Below, piece after piece: positions 38,393-48,480 of a DNA stretch of 64,000 bases (positions are counted from its first letter, which is position 1; every line of letters begins with the position of its first letter). The notes below the pieces were generated by a model that saw only the letters and a list, made by a program, of their open reading frames with translations, was not told the origin of the DNA and did no database searches. The position numbers were made by a program, and so were the translations under genes. This DNA comes from Candidatus Eiseniibacteriota bacterium (GTDB lineage: Bacteria > Eisenbacteria > RBG-16-71-46 > CAIMUX01 > VGJL01): positions 1-64,000 of the forward strand of contig JBHGAY010000013.1 of the NCBI GenBank assembly GCA_041946735.1, in the 5' to 3' direction.

Positions 38393-39501
38393 CGTCCCTC
38401 TCCTTGCGTGCGGAGATATCCGGCAAAGCGATCGAGGAAGCGGGCGACGTCCGCTTCGGGCGCCCCCGCGCCGATCCGGACGTGGTCGGGGCGGTCGAAG
38501 AACCGGCCGGGAACGAGCGCCACCTGCGCTTCGGCGAGGGCGCGCCGGCAAAGCGTGTCGGCGTCCGGGATGGCCGGCGTTCCCTTCCAGCGCGGGAAGG
38601 CGAGAATGCCGTGCGGCGGCATTCCTCCCTCGAAGAGGTCCTGCTTCTCGAAGAAGCGTGCGAGCGCCGCCCGGTTCGCTGCGACGCGCCGCAGCAGGCG
38701 CGCGCGGATCGCGTCCATCTTCGTCGTGTTTGCGAGCAGGCGCGCGCCGAGCGATTCCGACACGTAGGGATGGTTCACGCCGAGGTTGTCGTGGATCCGC
38801 TTCGCCCGCTCGATCAGCTCGGGTGGGCCGATCCCCCAGCCGATCCGAAGCGCCGAGAGGCCGAAAGGCTTCGTCAGGCTCGACGTGACGCAGATGGCGG
38901 GATGCGCGCGCGCCGCGCATCCCGGCGGATCCTCGCCGAGAAGCTCGCGATACGCCTCGTCGACGATGAGCAGACCGTCCTGCGCCTCGCACGCATCGGC
39001 CATTGTGACGAGAGTCGCGTCGGGGACGACCGCGGCGGTCGGATTCTGCGGGTTCGTCAGTACGACCGCCCGGAATCCGGCCGTGTCGGCCTTCAGCGTC
39101 TCGAGAATCGGCGCGTGCCCGTGGGGCCCGTCGATCGGCTGCAGGACGATCCGCGCCTCGAGCGCGCGCAGCACCGCGCCGATCGGCTCGTAGTACGGCT
39201 CCTCGAGGAGGACGCGGTCCCCGGGACGGATCCAGGAAGCGAGGACGAGGAAGTTGGCGCCGCTGGCCCCTTCTGCGGTGAGGACGTTCTCCGGGGGGAC
39301 CCGATAGCGCGCGGCGATCGCGTCGCGCAGGGCGGGAAGCCCATCGGAGTTCAGCCCGAGGATCGGAATCCGCTCGAGACCTTCGAGGAGATCGGCGTCG
39401 GTCACGAGACCCCGGATGCCGCTGCTGGCCAGGTTCGCGATCGATTCGTCGTCCACGTGGGCCTTGGCCCAGGTCATGTATGCGATCGGCTCGAGTCGCA
39501 C
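38389..39501 (-). CDS. PLP-dependent aminotransferase class I/II
   Basis: TNPQNPT, IVDEAY, SSLTKPFGLSALRIGW (PLP lysine) and HVRIG. Confidence 0.9.
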   Translation of the reverse strand: MRLEPIAYMTWAKAHVDDESIANLASSGIRGLVTDADLLEGLERIPILGLNSDGLPALRDAIAARYRVPPENVLTAEGASGANFLVLASWIRPGDRVLLEEPYYEPIGAVLRALEARIVLQPIDGPHGHAPILETLKADTAGFRAVVLTNPQNPTAAVVPDATLVTMADACEAQDGLLIVDEAYRELLGEDPPGCAARAHPAICVTSSLTKPFGLSALRIGWGIGPPELIERAKRIHDNLGVNHPYVSESLGARLLANTTKMDAIRARLLRRVAANRAALARFFEKQDLFEGGMPPHGILAFPRWKGTPAIPDADTLCRRALAEAQVALVPGRFFDRPDHVRIGAGAPEADVARFLDRFAGYLRTQGEGR

Positions 39502-39643
39502 GCCCCCTCCTCCGACCCACCCCGGTCGCGGAAGACGATAGCACCCGGGCAGGCGATGCGCCGGGCGAAAACTCGAAGCCCGCGGGGACGAAGGCTCCTC
39601 GCGGGCTCTGTTCGGCCTGCGCTGTCGGCGCCGTGCAGGCGAG

Positions 39644-39688
39644 GATCGCTGGCGCGGGTCGCGCTGGCGCGGGTCGCGCTAGCGCGTG
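39644..39688. repeat. 15-bp tandem repeat x3 across the helicase stop codon
   Basis: GATCGCTGGCGCGGG / TCGCGCTGGCGCGGG / TCGCGCTAGCGCGTG. Confidence 0.7.
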
Positions 39689-41235
39689 GCGACCGCTCCG
39701 GCTTCGCGATCCCGGCGCTGCATCGGAAGAGCGCTGCGCACTCGGTCGAACACGCCGCGCAGGATCCCGAGGGGCGCGGGCGCTTCGGCGGGCGGAGCGA
39801 GGGGACGGGCCGGGGCGCGACGCTCGGCCGGAGCTCGGCGCTCGGCCGGAGCTCGGCGCGGGCGCTCCTCGGCAGTCGCGCTTCGGCGCGGGCGCTCCTC
39901 GACGGCGGCGGACCGGCGCGGGCGCTCCTCGACGGAACGGCTCCGCGGGCCTTCCTCCACCACGACTCTCGCTGCGTGCGCGGTCGTGACCGTATCGACG
40001 ACCGCCCCGCCGGCCGCCGAACGGCGGCGACGGCGCCGCGATCGACGCGCGGGGGGCGCGACGTCCTCGGCCTGCGTCGCGGCACCCGTGGCCGTAGCCG
40101 CGACGGCGGGCGCGGGCACCGTCGCCCGCTGCTCGCCCCAGTACGGGATTCGGCGGGCGATCAGCCGCTCGATCGCCGCGACGGCTTTCATCTCCTCCGG
40201 GGAGACGAGCGAGATCGCAGTGCCGCGTCGCCCGGCTCGCGCGGTCCGCCCGATCCTGTGGACGTAGTCGGCCGCGGCGTGCGGGAGGTCGAAGTTCACG
40301 ACATGCGTCACGTCGTCCACGTCGAGCCCGCGGGCGGCGATGTCGGTGGCCACGAGGAACGGGACACGTCCTGCACGGAATCCTTCGAGCGCCTGCACGC
40401 GCTCGCTCTGGCTGCGGTCGCTGTGGATGGCCGAGGCCCGGAAGCCGCGCTCGCGCAGCTGCGAGGCGAGCCGGGAGGCGCCGGCCTTCGTCTTCACGAA
40501 GACGATCGTCCGCGTCATCCGCTCCTCGCGGATCAGCCGCTCCAGCGTGGAGCGCTTGCGCTCCCGCGGCGCCCCGACGAGGAACTGGTCGACCTGCTCG
40601 ATCGTGCTCGCCGGCGGGGCGACCTCGATCCGCATCGGATCGCGGAGGATGTCCCGGGCGAGCACCGCGACCGCCTTCTCGAGCGTCGCGGAGAAGAGCA
40701 TCGACTGGCGCTCCTGGGGGATCGATCCGACGATCTCGCGGACGTCGTCGATGAAGCCCATGTCGAGCATCCGGTCCGCCTCGTCGAGGACGAGGAAGGC
40801 CGTGTTGCGGTAGTCGATGTTGCCGCGCCACATGTGGTCGATCAGCCGCCCGGGGGTGGCGACGACGATGTCGACGCCGTGCCGCAGGTTCATCTCCTGC
40901 GGCTCGATCGGGACGCCGCCGAAGATCGTCGCCGTCCGGAGGCCGAGGTACTTGCCGTAGTCGGAGAAGCTATGGCCGACTTGGATCGCCAGCTCGCGGG
41001 TCGGCACGAGAACGAGCGCGCGCAGCGGCTTCGACTCTCCCTCCGCAAGCTTCTGGAGGATCGGCAGCGCGAAGGCCGCCGTCTTTCCGGTGCCGGTCTG
41101 CGCGCAGCAGATCAGGTCCTTCCCTTCGAGGGCCGGACGGATGGCGCGTTCCTGAATGGGGGTGGGATCGGTGTAATGGAGGTCCTGGATAGCGGAGAGG
41201 AGCTCGCTCCGGAGCCCCATGTCTTGAAAACTCAT
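39679..41235 (-). CDS. DEAD-box RNA helicase (RhlE-like)
   Basis: Q motif PTPIQ, AQTGTGKT, PTRELA, TPGR, DEAD, SAT, ARGLD and HRIGRTAR; C-tail with EERPRRS repeats. Confidence 0.96.
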   Translation of the reverse strand: MSFQDMGLRSELLSAIQDLHYTDPTPIQERAIRPALEGKDLICCAQTGTGKTAAFALPILQKLAEGESKPLRALVLVPTRELAIQVGHSFSDYGKYLGLRTATIFGGVPIEPQEMNLRHGVDIVVATPGRLIDHMWRGNIDYRNTAFLVLDEADRMLDMGFIDDVREIVGSIPQERQSMLFSATLEKAVAVLARDILRDPMRIEVAPPASTIEQVDQFLVGAPRERKRSTLERLIREERMTRTIVFVKTKAGASRLASQLRERGFRASAIHSDRSQSERVQALEGFRAGRVPFLVATDIAARGLDVDDVTHVVNFDLPHAAADYVHRIGRTARAGRRGTAISLVSPEEMKAVAAIERLIARRIPYWGEQRATVPAPAVAATATGAATQAEDVAPPARRSRRRRRRSAAGGAVVDTVTTAHAARVVVEEGPRSRSVEERPRRSAAVEERPRRSATAEERPRRAPAERRAPAERRAPARPLAPPAEAPAPLGILRGVFDRVRSALPMQRRDREAGAVATR

Positions 41236-41605
41236 CTACTCTCTTTCTCTGCGTCGACAATCGCCGGTAGCCGCGGCCGTCTGCCGGGCCGGCATGGGGT
41301 GGTGCATCTCATCCTGTGGGTAACAGCCGGACACGCCTTCGGGTCCTGGGCAAGTGAGCCGGAACGCCGGGGACGATTCGAGGGAGCCGTCGAGGGATCG
41401 GCTGGGACGCGGGCGGCGCGGACGGGACGCTGTCGTTTTCGCCCGTTTCTTCCGGATCGCCCTTCTCTTCGCGATTGCTACCCGTTTCTGTTCGATCACA
41501 TTGCAGTATCGCCGAGGCCGGCGGCCGGCCGCAACGGTTTCTCGGGCTTTGTCCCTGGATTTGCCCGCCGCGCGAGGAACCGTCGCCTCCCTCTTGTGAA
41601 CTCGA

Positions 41606-42157
41606 TCACACGGCTGCGTCGCCGGCGCCCGCCTCCCGCAAGTCCTTCGCCAGGATCACGCTGACGTAGTTCGTCGAAGGCCAGTCCACCCTTTCGACGG
41701 CGCGATATCCCCGGCTCTCGTAGAGCCGAAGAAGGTGGGCGGCACCCTCCGCCGTATCGAGAGCGATCTCGCGCGCGCCAAGGCGGCGCGCACGGTCCTC
41801 GGCGAACGCCAGCAGGCGGCTCCCGATCCCCCGGCCCTGCAGCGCGGGCTCCACCGCGAACTGATGGACCGTCGCGAGCTGGGCGCGCTCGTAGTACGGG
41901 CAGCCGCCTGTCCGTCCCGGCGGAACGAGCGTGAGTGTCGCGACCATCGCTCCCCGGAGCCAGCCGACGTAGCACTCCCCCTTCCCGGCGCGCCGCGCCG
42001 TGATCGCGTCGTCCTGCCACGTGGCGACGTAGCGGAATCCCATGGCGAGAAGAGCCGCATAGGCGCGATGGAGCAGAGCCGTGAGATCGGAAAGCGAGTC
42101 CTGCTCGGCCAGCAGGCGGACGGCGATCGGCTCGCCCTCGCGCGGCTCGCTACTCAT
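41606..42157 (-). CDS. GNAT family N-acetyltransferase
   Basis: AVEPALQGRGIGSRLL acetyl-CoA motif; LYESRGY. Confidence 0.9.
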   Translation of the reverse strand: MSSEPREGEPIAVRLLAEQDSLSDLTALLHRAYAALLAMGFRYVATWQDDAITARRAGKGECYVGWLRGAMVATLTLVPPGRTGGCPYYERAQLATVHQFAVEPALQGRGIGSRLLAFAEDRARRLGAREIALDTAEGAAHLLRLYESRGYRAVERVDWPSTNYVSVILAKDLREAGAGDAAV

Positions 42158-42160
42158 GAC

Positions 42161-42496
42161 TCATGCGGGACCGGAGCGCTCCCCCCGTGTCGCTTGCCTG
42201 CCCGACCGCGCGCCCGAGGGGCGGCCCGACGCGTGATCTCGCTGCTCCTTCTTCCGCCAGTAGGCGAACTCCTCCTGGAAGCAGGAGGCGTCGAGGTCCT
42301 GCACCTTCGCGCTCAGGAACGCCTGGGCATCGGCGATCGCCTGGTTGTACACGCACGGACCGATCTCCTCGAGACAGAACTCGAGGAAGAAGGACGCCTT
42401 CAGATCGCCGACATCCTGCTCCATCACCTCCGCGCAGTAGCGCTTGATCGACGCGAGAAGCCTCCGCTCGACATCCTTGCCGAGTTCGATCGGCAC
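42161..42496 (-). CDS. DUF2164 family small protein
   Basis: SIKRY, GDLKA..FLEF.LEEIGP.VYNQAIADAQ. Confidence 0.8.
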   Translation of the reverse strand: MPIELGKDVERRLLASIKRYCAEVMEQDVGDLKASFFLEFCLEEIGPCVYNQAIADAQAFLSAKVQDLDASCFQEEFAYWRKKEQRDHASGRPSGARSGRQATRGERSGPA

Positions 42497-42516
42497 GTTC
42501 CCTCCGTCCGCCTGAA

Positions 42517-44730
42517 TCAGCGGGCCAGGATCACATGGCCGCGGCAGGTCCCCAGGTCCTCTCCCTGAAGCCGCACGAAGTAGACGCCCGGCGGGAGATC
42601 CCGGCCGTTCCCATCCCTCCCGTCCCAGGCGATCTCATGAGAGCCGGCAGGCAGGATGGCGTCCCGGAGCAGACGCACGCGGCGGCCGTTCGCGTCGTAC
42701 AGCGCGAGCACGATCCGGTCGCTCGCCGGCATCAGGAAGCGCACGCGAGCGGCCGTTCCACCGATCGTCATCGGGTTCGGCCGTACGGAATCGAGGAGCA
42801 GGCGTGGAGCCGCAAGGCCGCTCGCGCTCTCCTCGGCGCCGGAAGGATTGCCGTTGGCCGTCGTCACGACCATCGAGTCGACCGCGGTGTTGCCGCGCGC
42901 ATCGATCGCCGTCACCCGGATGACCCACTGGCGGTCGGGCAGCGTGGTGGTGTCCCACGACTCGTTGCCGTCGGACTGCTCGTAGATGCCATCCCCATCA
43001 GAGTTCGTCAGCACGTGGAAGAACTCCCGGTAGTCGTAGTCGCCTTGCGTGTTGCAGACCGAGTCATCCTTGTAGATCAGGCCGATCAGCATCGCGTCGA
43101 GCTGTCCGCTTCCGTAGGTGTCGCACGTCATGTCGAACCGCTGCGCCAGCTTGTTGTCGACGACCGGGTACTCCGGCATTCCGAGCGGGTAGATCGTGTA
43201 CCACAGCTCCTGGACGGAACAGACGTAGTGCGTCTCGATCCGGTCGCCGACGTGCGCGATGATGTCGACGGCCCCGTGCAGCGACGTCGGGCTCTGATAC
43301 GACGAGGTCTGGTTCGCGCAGAACGCGAGCAGATCGTTGCCGCGCGCCGGCTCGAAGACCGGCGGCTCCGTCTCGCTCTGTTGCGTGATATCCATGTGCG
43401 GATTGTGGACGGAGAGCCAGTTGCCGTCCCAGGTCGCCCCGCTGTCCTCGATGCGGGTGAAATGGCAGTGCGTGAACTCGTAGATCGGCCACTCGACCAG
43501 ATTCCCCAGATACTGCCCCAGCTCCACCTGCTGGCCTACCGTGACCGCGATCGAGTTGCGCTCGATGTGAGCATAGAGATATCCCGGGACGGTCGACGTG
43601 AGGGCGGTGTCTGCGATCGCGATCCGCCAGTACCAGTCGCCGCCCGTCGTGAGGACTGCCTTCACGACGCCGCGCCGCACCGCGTAGACCGCCTGACCGG
43701 GAGAGCCGAAGACGTCGATGCCCGGATGCGGGTACGGAGCGCCGCCATAGTTCTGGTACTCGCCGTAGGTGTTGCCGACCGCGTGCTGCGCATCGGGCGC
43801 CAGCGGCCAGGGGATGCCCCGATCGTCGCGCGCGAAGTCGGCGCGGGGGATCTGCCGCGGCGCGCCGGGCGTCCGATCGAGGATCGCGCCGCTTCCATCC
43901 AGCAGGACTGTCGAAGGCTGCAGGAGCCCGCCGGCCTCGATGCGAGCGAGTTCGACTCGCACGCGGAGCGGGAGGGCGGCTTCGAGGGCCGCGTCGCGAA
44001 CGCGCTCGCCGTCCGCCGGCACGTAGAATCGCGCCACCGCGCCGGAGGAGGGATCGACGCGCCAGAGAGCGTCCGGCGTGACCAGAAGCACCGCGGCGTC
44101 GCCCGACTCGATCAGCGAGAGGGCCTGCGCGGCGACTCCCGGCGGAAGCGGGATCGCCCGCGGCTCTGCGGCTCCGGCAGGAAAGAACTTCACGACGTCC
44201 TCTTCGAGAGCGAGCCCTGCGAGAGCGCCGCCGGTCATCGGGACGAACCGATCGAGCGCGGGAAGGTCACGCGCGGCGCCGTCGCGCAGGTCGAGAAGCC
44301 GCGTCGTCCCCGGAGAGCGGAACGCGAGGTAGGCGCCATCTCGCGAGAGGACCGGGCTCGACGGCGCCTCGAGCGGGAGGTCGAGACGCACCTGCCCGTC
44401 GAGGGCGTACATCCGGAGCCGGGCGGGAGCCGCGTTCGCCTCGTAACGCGTCCATGCGAGGACGCCGACCACATCGGACACGAAGAAGGTGCTGGCCTCG
44501 ACGCGCGAAAGGCGCGCCGTCGGGCCCTCCGCGTCCGCCGTCCGGATCTCGAGGTCCCAAAGCAGGGACGAATCGCCGGTCGCGACCGGCGTGGCGGAGA
44601 CCGTGACGGCGCCCGATGAGGACGCGAAGGTCGTGGTCTTGGTGGTCGCAGCCGGGACGGGAGACGCCAAAGCGAGAAGGAAGCCTATCAGCAGGACGCA
44701 AGCGGGGGCGACCGGGACGTTGCGGTGCAT
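42517..44730 (-). CDS. Secreted M23-family metallopeptidase-domain protein with C-terminal FlgD-Ig/T9SS-like domain
   Basis: Signal peptide; HPGID, YAH, V.VGQQV..GQYLG and HCH; PNP...YDANGRRVR...WDGRDGNG...PGVYF. Confidence 0.85.
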   Translation of the reverse strand: MHRNVPVAPACVLLIGFLLALASPVPAATTKTTTFASSSGAVTVSATPVATGDSSLLWDLEIRTADAEGPTARLSRVEASTFFVSDVVGVLAWTRYEANAAPARLRMYALDGQVRLDLPLEAPSSPVLSRDGAYLAFRSPGTTRLLDLRDGAARDLPALDRFVPMTGGALAGLALEEDVVKFFPAGAAEPRAIPLPPGVAAQALSLIESGDAAVLLVTPDALWRVDPSSGAVARFYVPADGERVRDAALEAALPLRVRVELARIEAGGLLQPSTVLLDGSGAILDRTPGAPRQIPRADFARDDRGIPWPLAPDAQHAVGNTYGEYQNYGGAPYPHPGIDVFGSPGQAVYAVRRGVVKAVLTTGGDWYWRIAIADTALTSTVPGYLYAHIERNSIAVTVGQQVELGQYLGNLVEWPIYEFTHCHFTRIEDSGATWDGNWLSVHNPHMDITQQSETEPPVFEPARGNDLLAFCANQTSSYQSPTSLHGAVDIIAHVGDRIETHYVCSVQELWYTIYPLGMPEYPVVDNKLAQRFDMTCDTYGSGQLDAMLIGLIYKDDSVCNTQGDYDYREFFHVLTNSDGDGIYEQSDGNESWDTTTLPDRQWVIRVTAIDARGNTAVDSMVVTTANGNPSGAEESASGLAAPRLLLDSVRPNPMTIGGTAARVRFLMPASDRIVLALYDANGRRVRLLRDAILPAGSHEIAWDGRDGNGRDLPPGVYFVRLQGEDLGTCRGHVILAR

Positions 44731-45057
44731 GAAGCGGTCCTCCGAGCGAAAGTGAGGCCGGACGCTCGACCCGGATCGCCGGCCAGGAAGCGCCTCGCCG
44801 CGCGAGCCCGATCGACTCCGGCCTCGAGGAGTATAGCGGAGCGCAGGGCCGCCGGTCAGCAGACCGGCGGGAGGGTAGCCTGGCCTGGCCGGCCCGCCCC
44901 GGTCCGTTGCTGCGCGGGCCGGTTCTCCGATCCACGACTTTTCCCGGAACCAGGCGATCGTCCCGCGCGTATTCGTCGGTTTCCGCGTCGCGCGGAGCGT
45001 TGGCGACCGCGACGCCGGCTCCGACACCAAGAGAATCCCGAGAGGAGACTCCGTGCG

Positions 45058-45324
45058 ATGCGGCCAGTGTTTCGCCCGCCTCCGCTTCGCGTCGCTCCGG
45101 CCGCCCTCCTGCTCCTGTCCCTGCTCCCGCTCCTGCTCGTCGCCGTCGCGAGCGGCTGTGCTCACGTCGGCGCGCGGCCTTGGCAACGCGATCAACTCGC
45201 GCGGCGGGAGATGCAGGTCGACCCGGACCCGGTCGAGACGTCCGTCGACGATCACATCTACTTCAGCAAGGAGGCTTCGAGCGGCGGCCGCACGTTCGCG
45301 GGCGGCGGCTGCGGCTGCAACTGA
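45058..45324 (+). CDS. DUF4266 lipoprotein
   Basis: Lipobox ASGC, PWQR..LA..EM, HIYFSKEASSGG and C-terminal GGGCGCN. Confidence 0.88.
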   Translation: MRPVFRPPPLRVAPAALLLLSLLPLLLVAVASGCAHVGARPWQRDQLARREMQVDPDPVETSVDDHIYFSKEASSGGRTFAGGGCGCN

Positions 45325-45381
45325 TCCCGGCGGGCCGCGCCCTCGCACGACCCGGCGGGACGGAACCCGGAGGAGAGCCCG

Positions 45382-46698
45382 ATGAGTCCCACCCATTTGC
45401 CGATCCGAAGCGCGCTAGCCGCCGCCGCCTGCGCCCTGCTCGGCTCCGCCGCCGCCAGCGGCTCGGCGGCGGAAGCTTCCTCCGGACAACCGACCCAGGT
45501 GCAGTCCGGCATCCTCGTCTACTCCGAGTCGAAGCGTGTAACGACCGTCGAGACGGTCGTGAACCTCTCGAAGGAGCTCCGCGCGGGACGCATCCTGACC
45601 GGCCAGGTCGTCTTCGACGCTTTGACCGGGGCTTCCCCCAACGGCGCGACCCCCGCGGGCCGCGTGCAAACGTTCACGCGACCATCGGGACAGGGAAGCT
45701 ATCAGGTCGCGGCCGGGCAGACGCCACTCGACCACACATTCCAGGACACACGCTTCGCCGGCTCGATCCATTACGACGTTCCACTGAGCGCCATGAGCCG
45801 CGTCGTCTACGGAGCGGGCCTCTCGCTCGAGCGCGACTACAGCTCCGTCGGCGGCGACATCCTCCTCTCGCGAGATCTGTTTCTGCGCAACACGACCGTC
45901 TCGCTCGGTCTCTCCGGCTCTCTCGATCGGGTCTCCCCGCTCGGCGGCCCACCGAGCGCGCTCTCGGTCATGAGCGCGCCGACCAGCCGCCACGGCGACG
46001 ATGAGGAGGAAGGAGAAGGCGGCGAGGGAGGCGGCGGCAAGGGGAAGCAGGTGGCCGGCCTGCGCCTCGGTCTCACGCAGGTGCTGACCCCGTCCGCGCT
46101 CATGCAGGTCAACTATTCCGCCGGCCGCACGAGCGGCTACCTGAACGACCCGTACAAGATCGTGAGCCTCGTCGACGGCGGTCCGGGGCCGAACCAAGGC
46201 GAGCCGGTCCGCTACCTGTACGAGAAGCGCCCGCCCAGCCGGCTGCAGCAGAGCCTCTACTGGCTCGGTAAGGGGACGACAGGCTCCGACGTCGTGACGC
46301 TCTCGTATCGCTACCTCTGGGACGACTGGGGGATCCGCTCGCACACGCTCGAGGCGCGGTATCGCTGGCAGGCGCGTGAGCAGCTCTCGCTCGAGCCGAT
46401 CTTCCGCTTCTACCGTCAGACAGCCGCTTCGTTCTACCGTCACAGCCTGGTCGACGGTGAGCCGCTCCCGGGCAACGTTTCGGCCGACTACCGGCTCGGC
46501 GCGATGGATGCGTGGACCACGGGAGTCAAGATCGGCCACCCGATCGCTCCCGGGCGCGAGCTGACGCTCCGCCTGGAGTACTACCTGCAGAAGGGGAACG
46601 GAAAGCCCGACGACGCAATCGGCTCCCAGCGCAACTACGACCTGTTCCCCGATCTGCGAGCGACGATCGTGCAGCTCGGCTACTCGATGGGATTCTGA
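45382..46698 (+). CDS. DUF3570 outer-membrane protein with flavinylation motif
   Basis: Signal peptide, DALTGAS, GYLNDPY, YRYLWDDWGI.SHTLE, SADYRL and C-terminal aromatic residue (YSMGF); adjacent to DUF4266. Confidence 0.85.
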   Translation: MSPTHLPIRSALAAAACALLGSAAASGSAAEASSGQPTQVQSGILVYSESKRVTTVETVVNLSKELRAGRILTGQVVFDALTGASPNGATPAGRVQTFTRPSGQGSYQVAAGQTPLDHTFQDTRFAGSIHYDVPLSAMSRVVYGAGLSLERDYSSVGGDILLSRDLFLRNTTVSLGLSGSLDRVSPLGGPPSALSVMSAPTSRHGDDEEEGEGGEGGGGKGKQVAGLRLGLTQVLTPSALMQVNYSAGRTSGYLNDPYKIVSLVDGGPGPNQGEPVRYLYEKRPPSRLQQSLYWLGKGTTGSDVVTLSYRYLWDDWGIRSHTLEARYRWQAREQLSLEPIFRFYRQTAASFYRHSLVDGEPLPGNVSADYRLGAMDAWTTGVKIGHPIAPGRELTLRLEYYLQKGNGKPDDAIGSQRNYDLFPDLRATIVQLGYSMGF

Positions 46699-47007
46699 GC
46701 GGCCCGGTTCCGGCCACTCCTGAGCGCCAATCGTCGAATGCGGCGTATCAGGCGGCGAGGGCCGGCGACCCCTAGCGTTCGAAGCGATCCCACGAACGGC
46801 GAGGGGAGTCCAGGGCAGCGCAGGTCGAAAGACGGTTCGGCGATCATCGGTACGTTCGCTCCGCCAACCGTTCTCATTTCTCATCCGGGCCGGCGCTTTT
46901 CGATCGCCCATCCTCCCGACTCCACGTAGGATCGCGCGTCCGTTCGAATCGTGTTTCGATTCCTTCGAATCCAATCCAGGTGGAAGAGAAAGAGAAGAGG
47001 AAACGGT

Positions 47008-48480
47008 ATGCATACAGATCTTGTTGCTCAATCCGGTGTCGCCACGCAGCGGCGCCGCTCGATCCTTTCCGTGTTGCCCGTCCTCGCGACGATCGTGGCG
47101 ACAGGGTCCCTTCTGCTCGCGACGTCTTCCCAGGCGGCGCGTTTCGTCTACGGGGCGGTCCTGACGGAGGCGCAGGAAGTGCCCCCGACCGGCTCCGCCG
47201 CGTTCGGCTCGGCGCAGTTCGTCATCGACACGGATGCGAACACCGTCACCTACCGGCTCGCCTACGGCGGCCTCTCCGCGGCCGAAACCGCTTCCCACAT
47301 CCACGGCCCCGCGGATCCCGGCACCAACGCCGGCGTCAAGACGGCGCTTCCGGCAGGCAACGTGAAGACCGGCGTGTGGAACTACGCCGAGGCGGACGAG
47401 GGGGACATCCTTGCGGGAAAGATGTACTGCAACGTGCATAGCGGCAACTTCCCCGGCGGCGAGATCCGCGGCCAGATCGTGCCGCTGAACGCGCAGATCG
47501 ACGGAGCCCAGGAGAATCCCCCGGTGCCGACGACGGCGAGCGGTTTCGCAGTCTTCTCGATCGACCGGGCGACGAACACCCTCAGCTACTACATCTCCTA
47601 CGCGGGTCTCTCGAGCGCCGAGACCGCAGCGCACATTCACGGCACAGCGCTGCCCGGCACCAACGCAGGCGTTCTCGTGGCGCTGCCGGCCGGCAATCCG
47701 AAGGTCGGCACGTTCAACTATCCGGAGAACATGGAAGTGCCGCTGCTCGAGGGACAGACCTACGTCAACATCCACACGTCGAACTTCCCCGGCGGCGAGA
47801 TCCGCGGGCAGATCGTTCCGATCGTGATTCCGATCGACAACCAGCAGGAAGTCCCGCCCACCGGCTCGGTGGCCACCGGAGTCGGCCTGATCTGCTATGA
47901 CTCCTCGACGGACAATCTCGGCTTCGACTTCAGGGTCGCGGGACTCTCGGCCAACGAGACGGCGGCGCACATCCACGGCTTCGCCGCCCCCGGACAGAAC
48001 GCCGGCGTTCTCGTCGCGCTGCCCGCCGGAAACCGAAAGATCGGCGTCTGGAACTACGGAGCGGCGAACGAGGCCGATGTCTTCGCCGGGCTGACCTACT
48101 TCAACATCCACACGTCGAACTTCCCGGGCGGCGAGATCCGCGGCCAGATCCAGGGCTTCCCGCAGGTCCTGCCGTCGGCGGTCGATGGCTCGGAGCTGCC
48201 GCTCTCGATCCATCTCGCGCCGAACGCTCCGAACCCGTTCGTCCAGCAGACGACGATCGCCTACTCGCTCGATCATGCGATGCCGGTCCAACTCGCGATC
48301 TACGACACGCAGGGACGGAAGGTTCGCACACTCCTCAACGGGACGGCCGAAGCCGGAAACCACGCCGTCGCGTGGGACGGCCGCGATGAGCAGGGGCGTC
48401 CTGCGGCGAGCGGCATCTACCGCTACGTTCTGCAGACCGACGAAGGGAAGCTGCAGCGTCCTCTCACGCTGATCCGCTAG
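47008..48480 (+). CDS. Secreted protein with three CHRD domains and C-terminal FlgD-Ig/T9SS-like domain
   Basis: Three repeats of QE.PP...TA.HIHG...Y.N.H..NFPGGEIRGQI, then PNPF...WDGRDEQG..SGIY. Confidence 0.9.
   Translation: MHTDLVAQSGVATQRRRSILSVLPVLATIVATGSLLLATSSQAARFVYGAVLTEAQEVPPTGSAAFGSAQFVIDTDANTVTYRLAYGGLSAAETASHIHGPADPGTNAGVKTALPAGNVKTGVWNYAEADEGDILAGKMYCNVHSGNFPGGEIRGQIVPLNAQIDGAQENPPVPTTASGFAVFSIDRATNTLSYYISYAGLSSAETAAHIHGTALPGTNAGVLVALPAGNPKVGTFNYPENMEVPLLEGQTYVNIHTSNFPGGEIRGQIVPIVIPIDNQQEVPPTGSVATGVGLICYDSSTDNLGFDFRVAGLSANETAAHIHGFAAPGQNAGVLVALPAGNRKIGVWNYGAANEADVFAGLTYFNIHTSNFPGGEIRGQIQGFPQVLPSAVDGSELPLSIHLAPNAPNPFVQQTTIAYSLDHAMPVQLAIYDTQGRKVRTLLNGTAEAGNHAVAWDGRDEQGRPAASGIYRYVLQTDEGKLQRPLTLIR

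Noticed and set aside
35966..40831. 1621-aa ORF in the track, and similar long N-terminal extensions (31219-35106, 6907-9090, 27038-29038, 25121-27100)
   Set aside because: The extensions are Arg/Pro-rich read-through of other genes' alternative frames in GC-rich DNA; only the C-terminal parts carry real domains.
38314..41664. Long antisense ORFs (also 32899-35853, 45415-48363, 13253-15748, 3253-5406)
   Set aside because: Shadow ORFs opposite well-supported genes, with no recognisable motifs; expected at this GC content.
47170..48150. Three near-identical ~33-bp DNA repeats (AACTTCCCCGGCGGCGAGATCCGCGG) considered as CRISPR-like
   Set aside because: They are about 336 bp apart, in frame, and encode the CHRD motif NFPGGEIRGQI; no cas genes are present.
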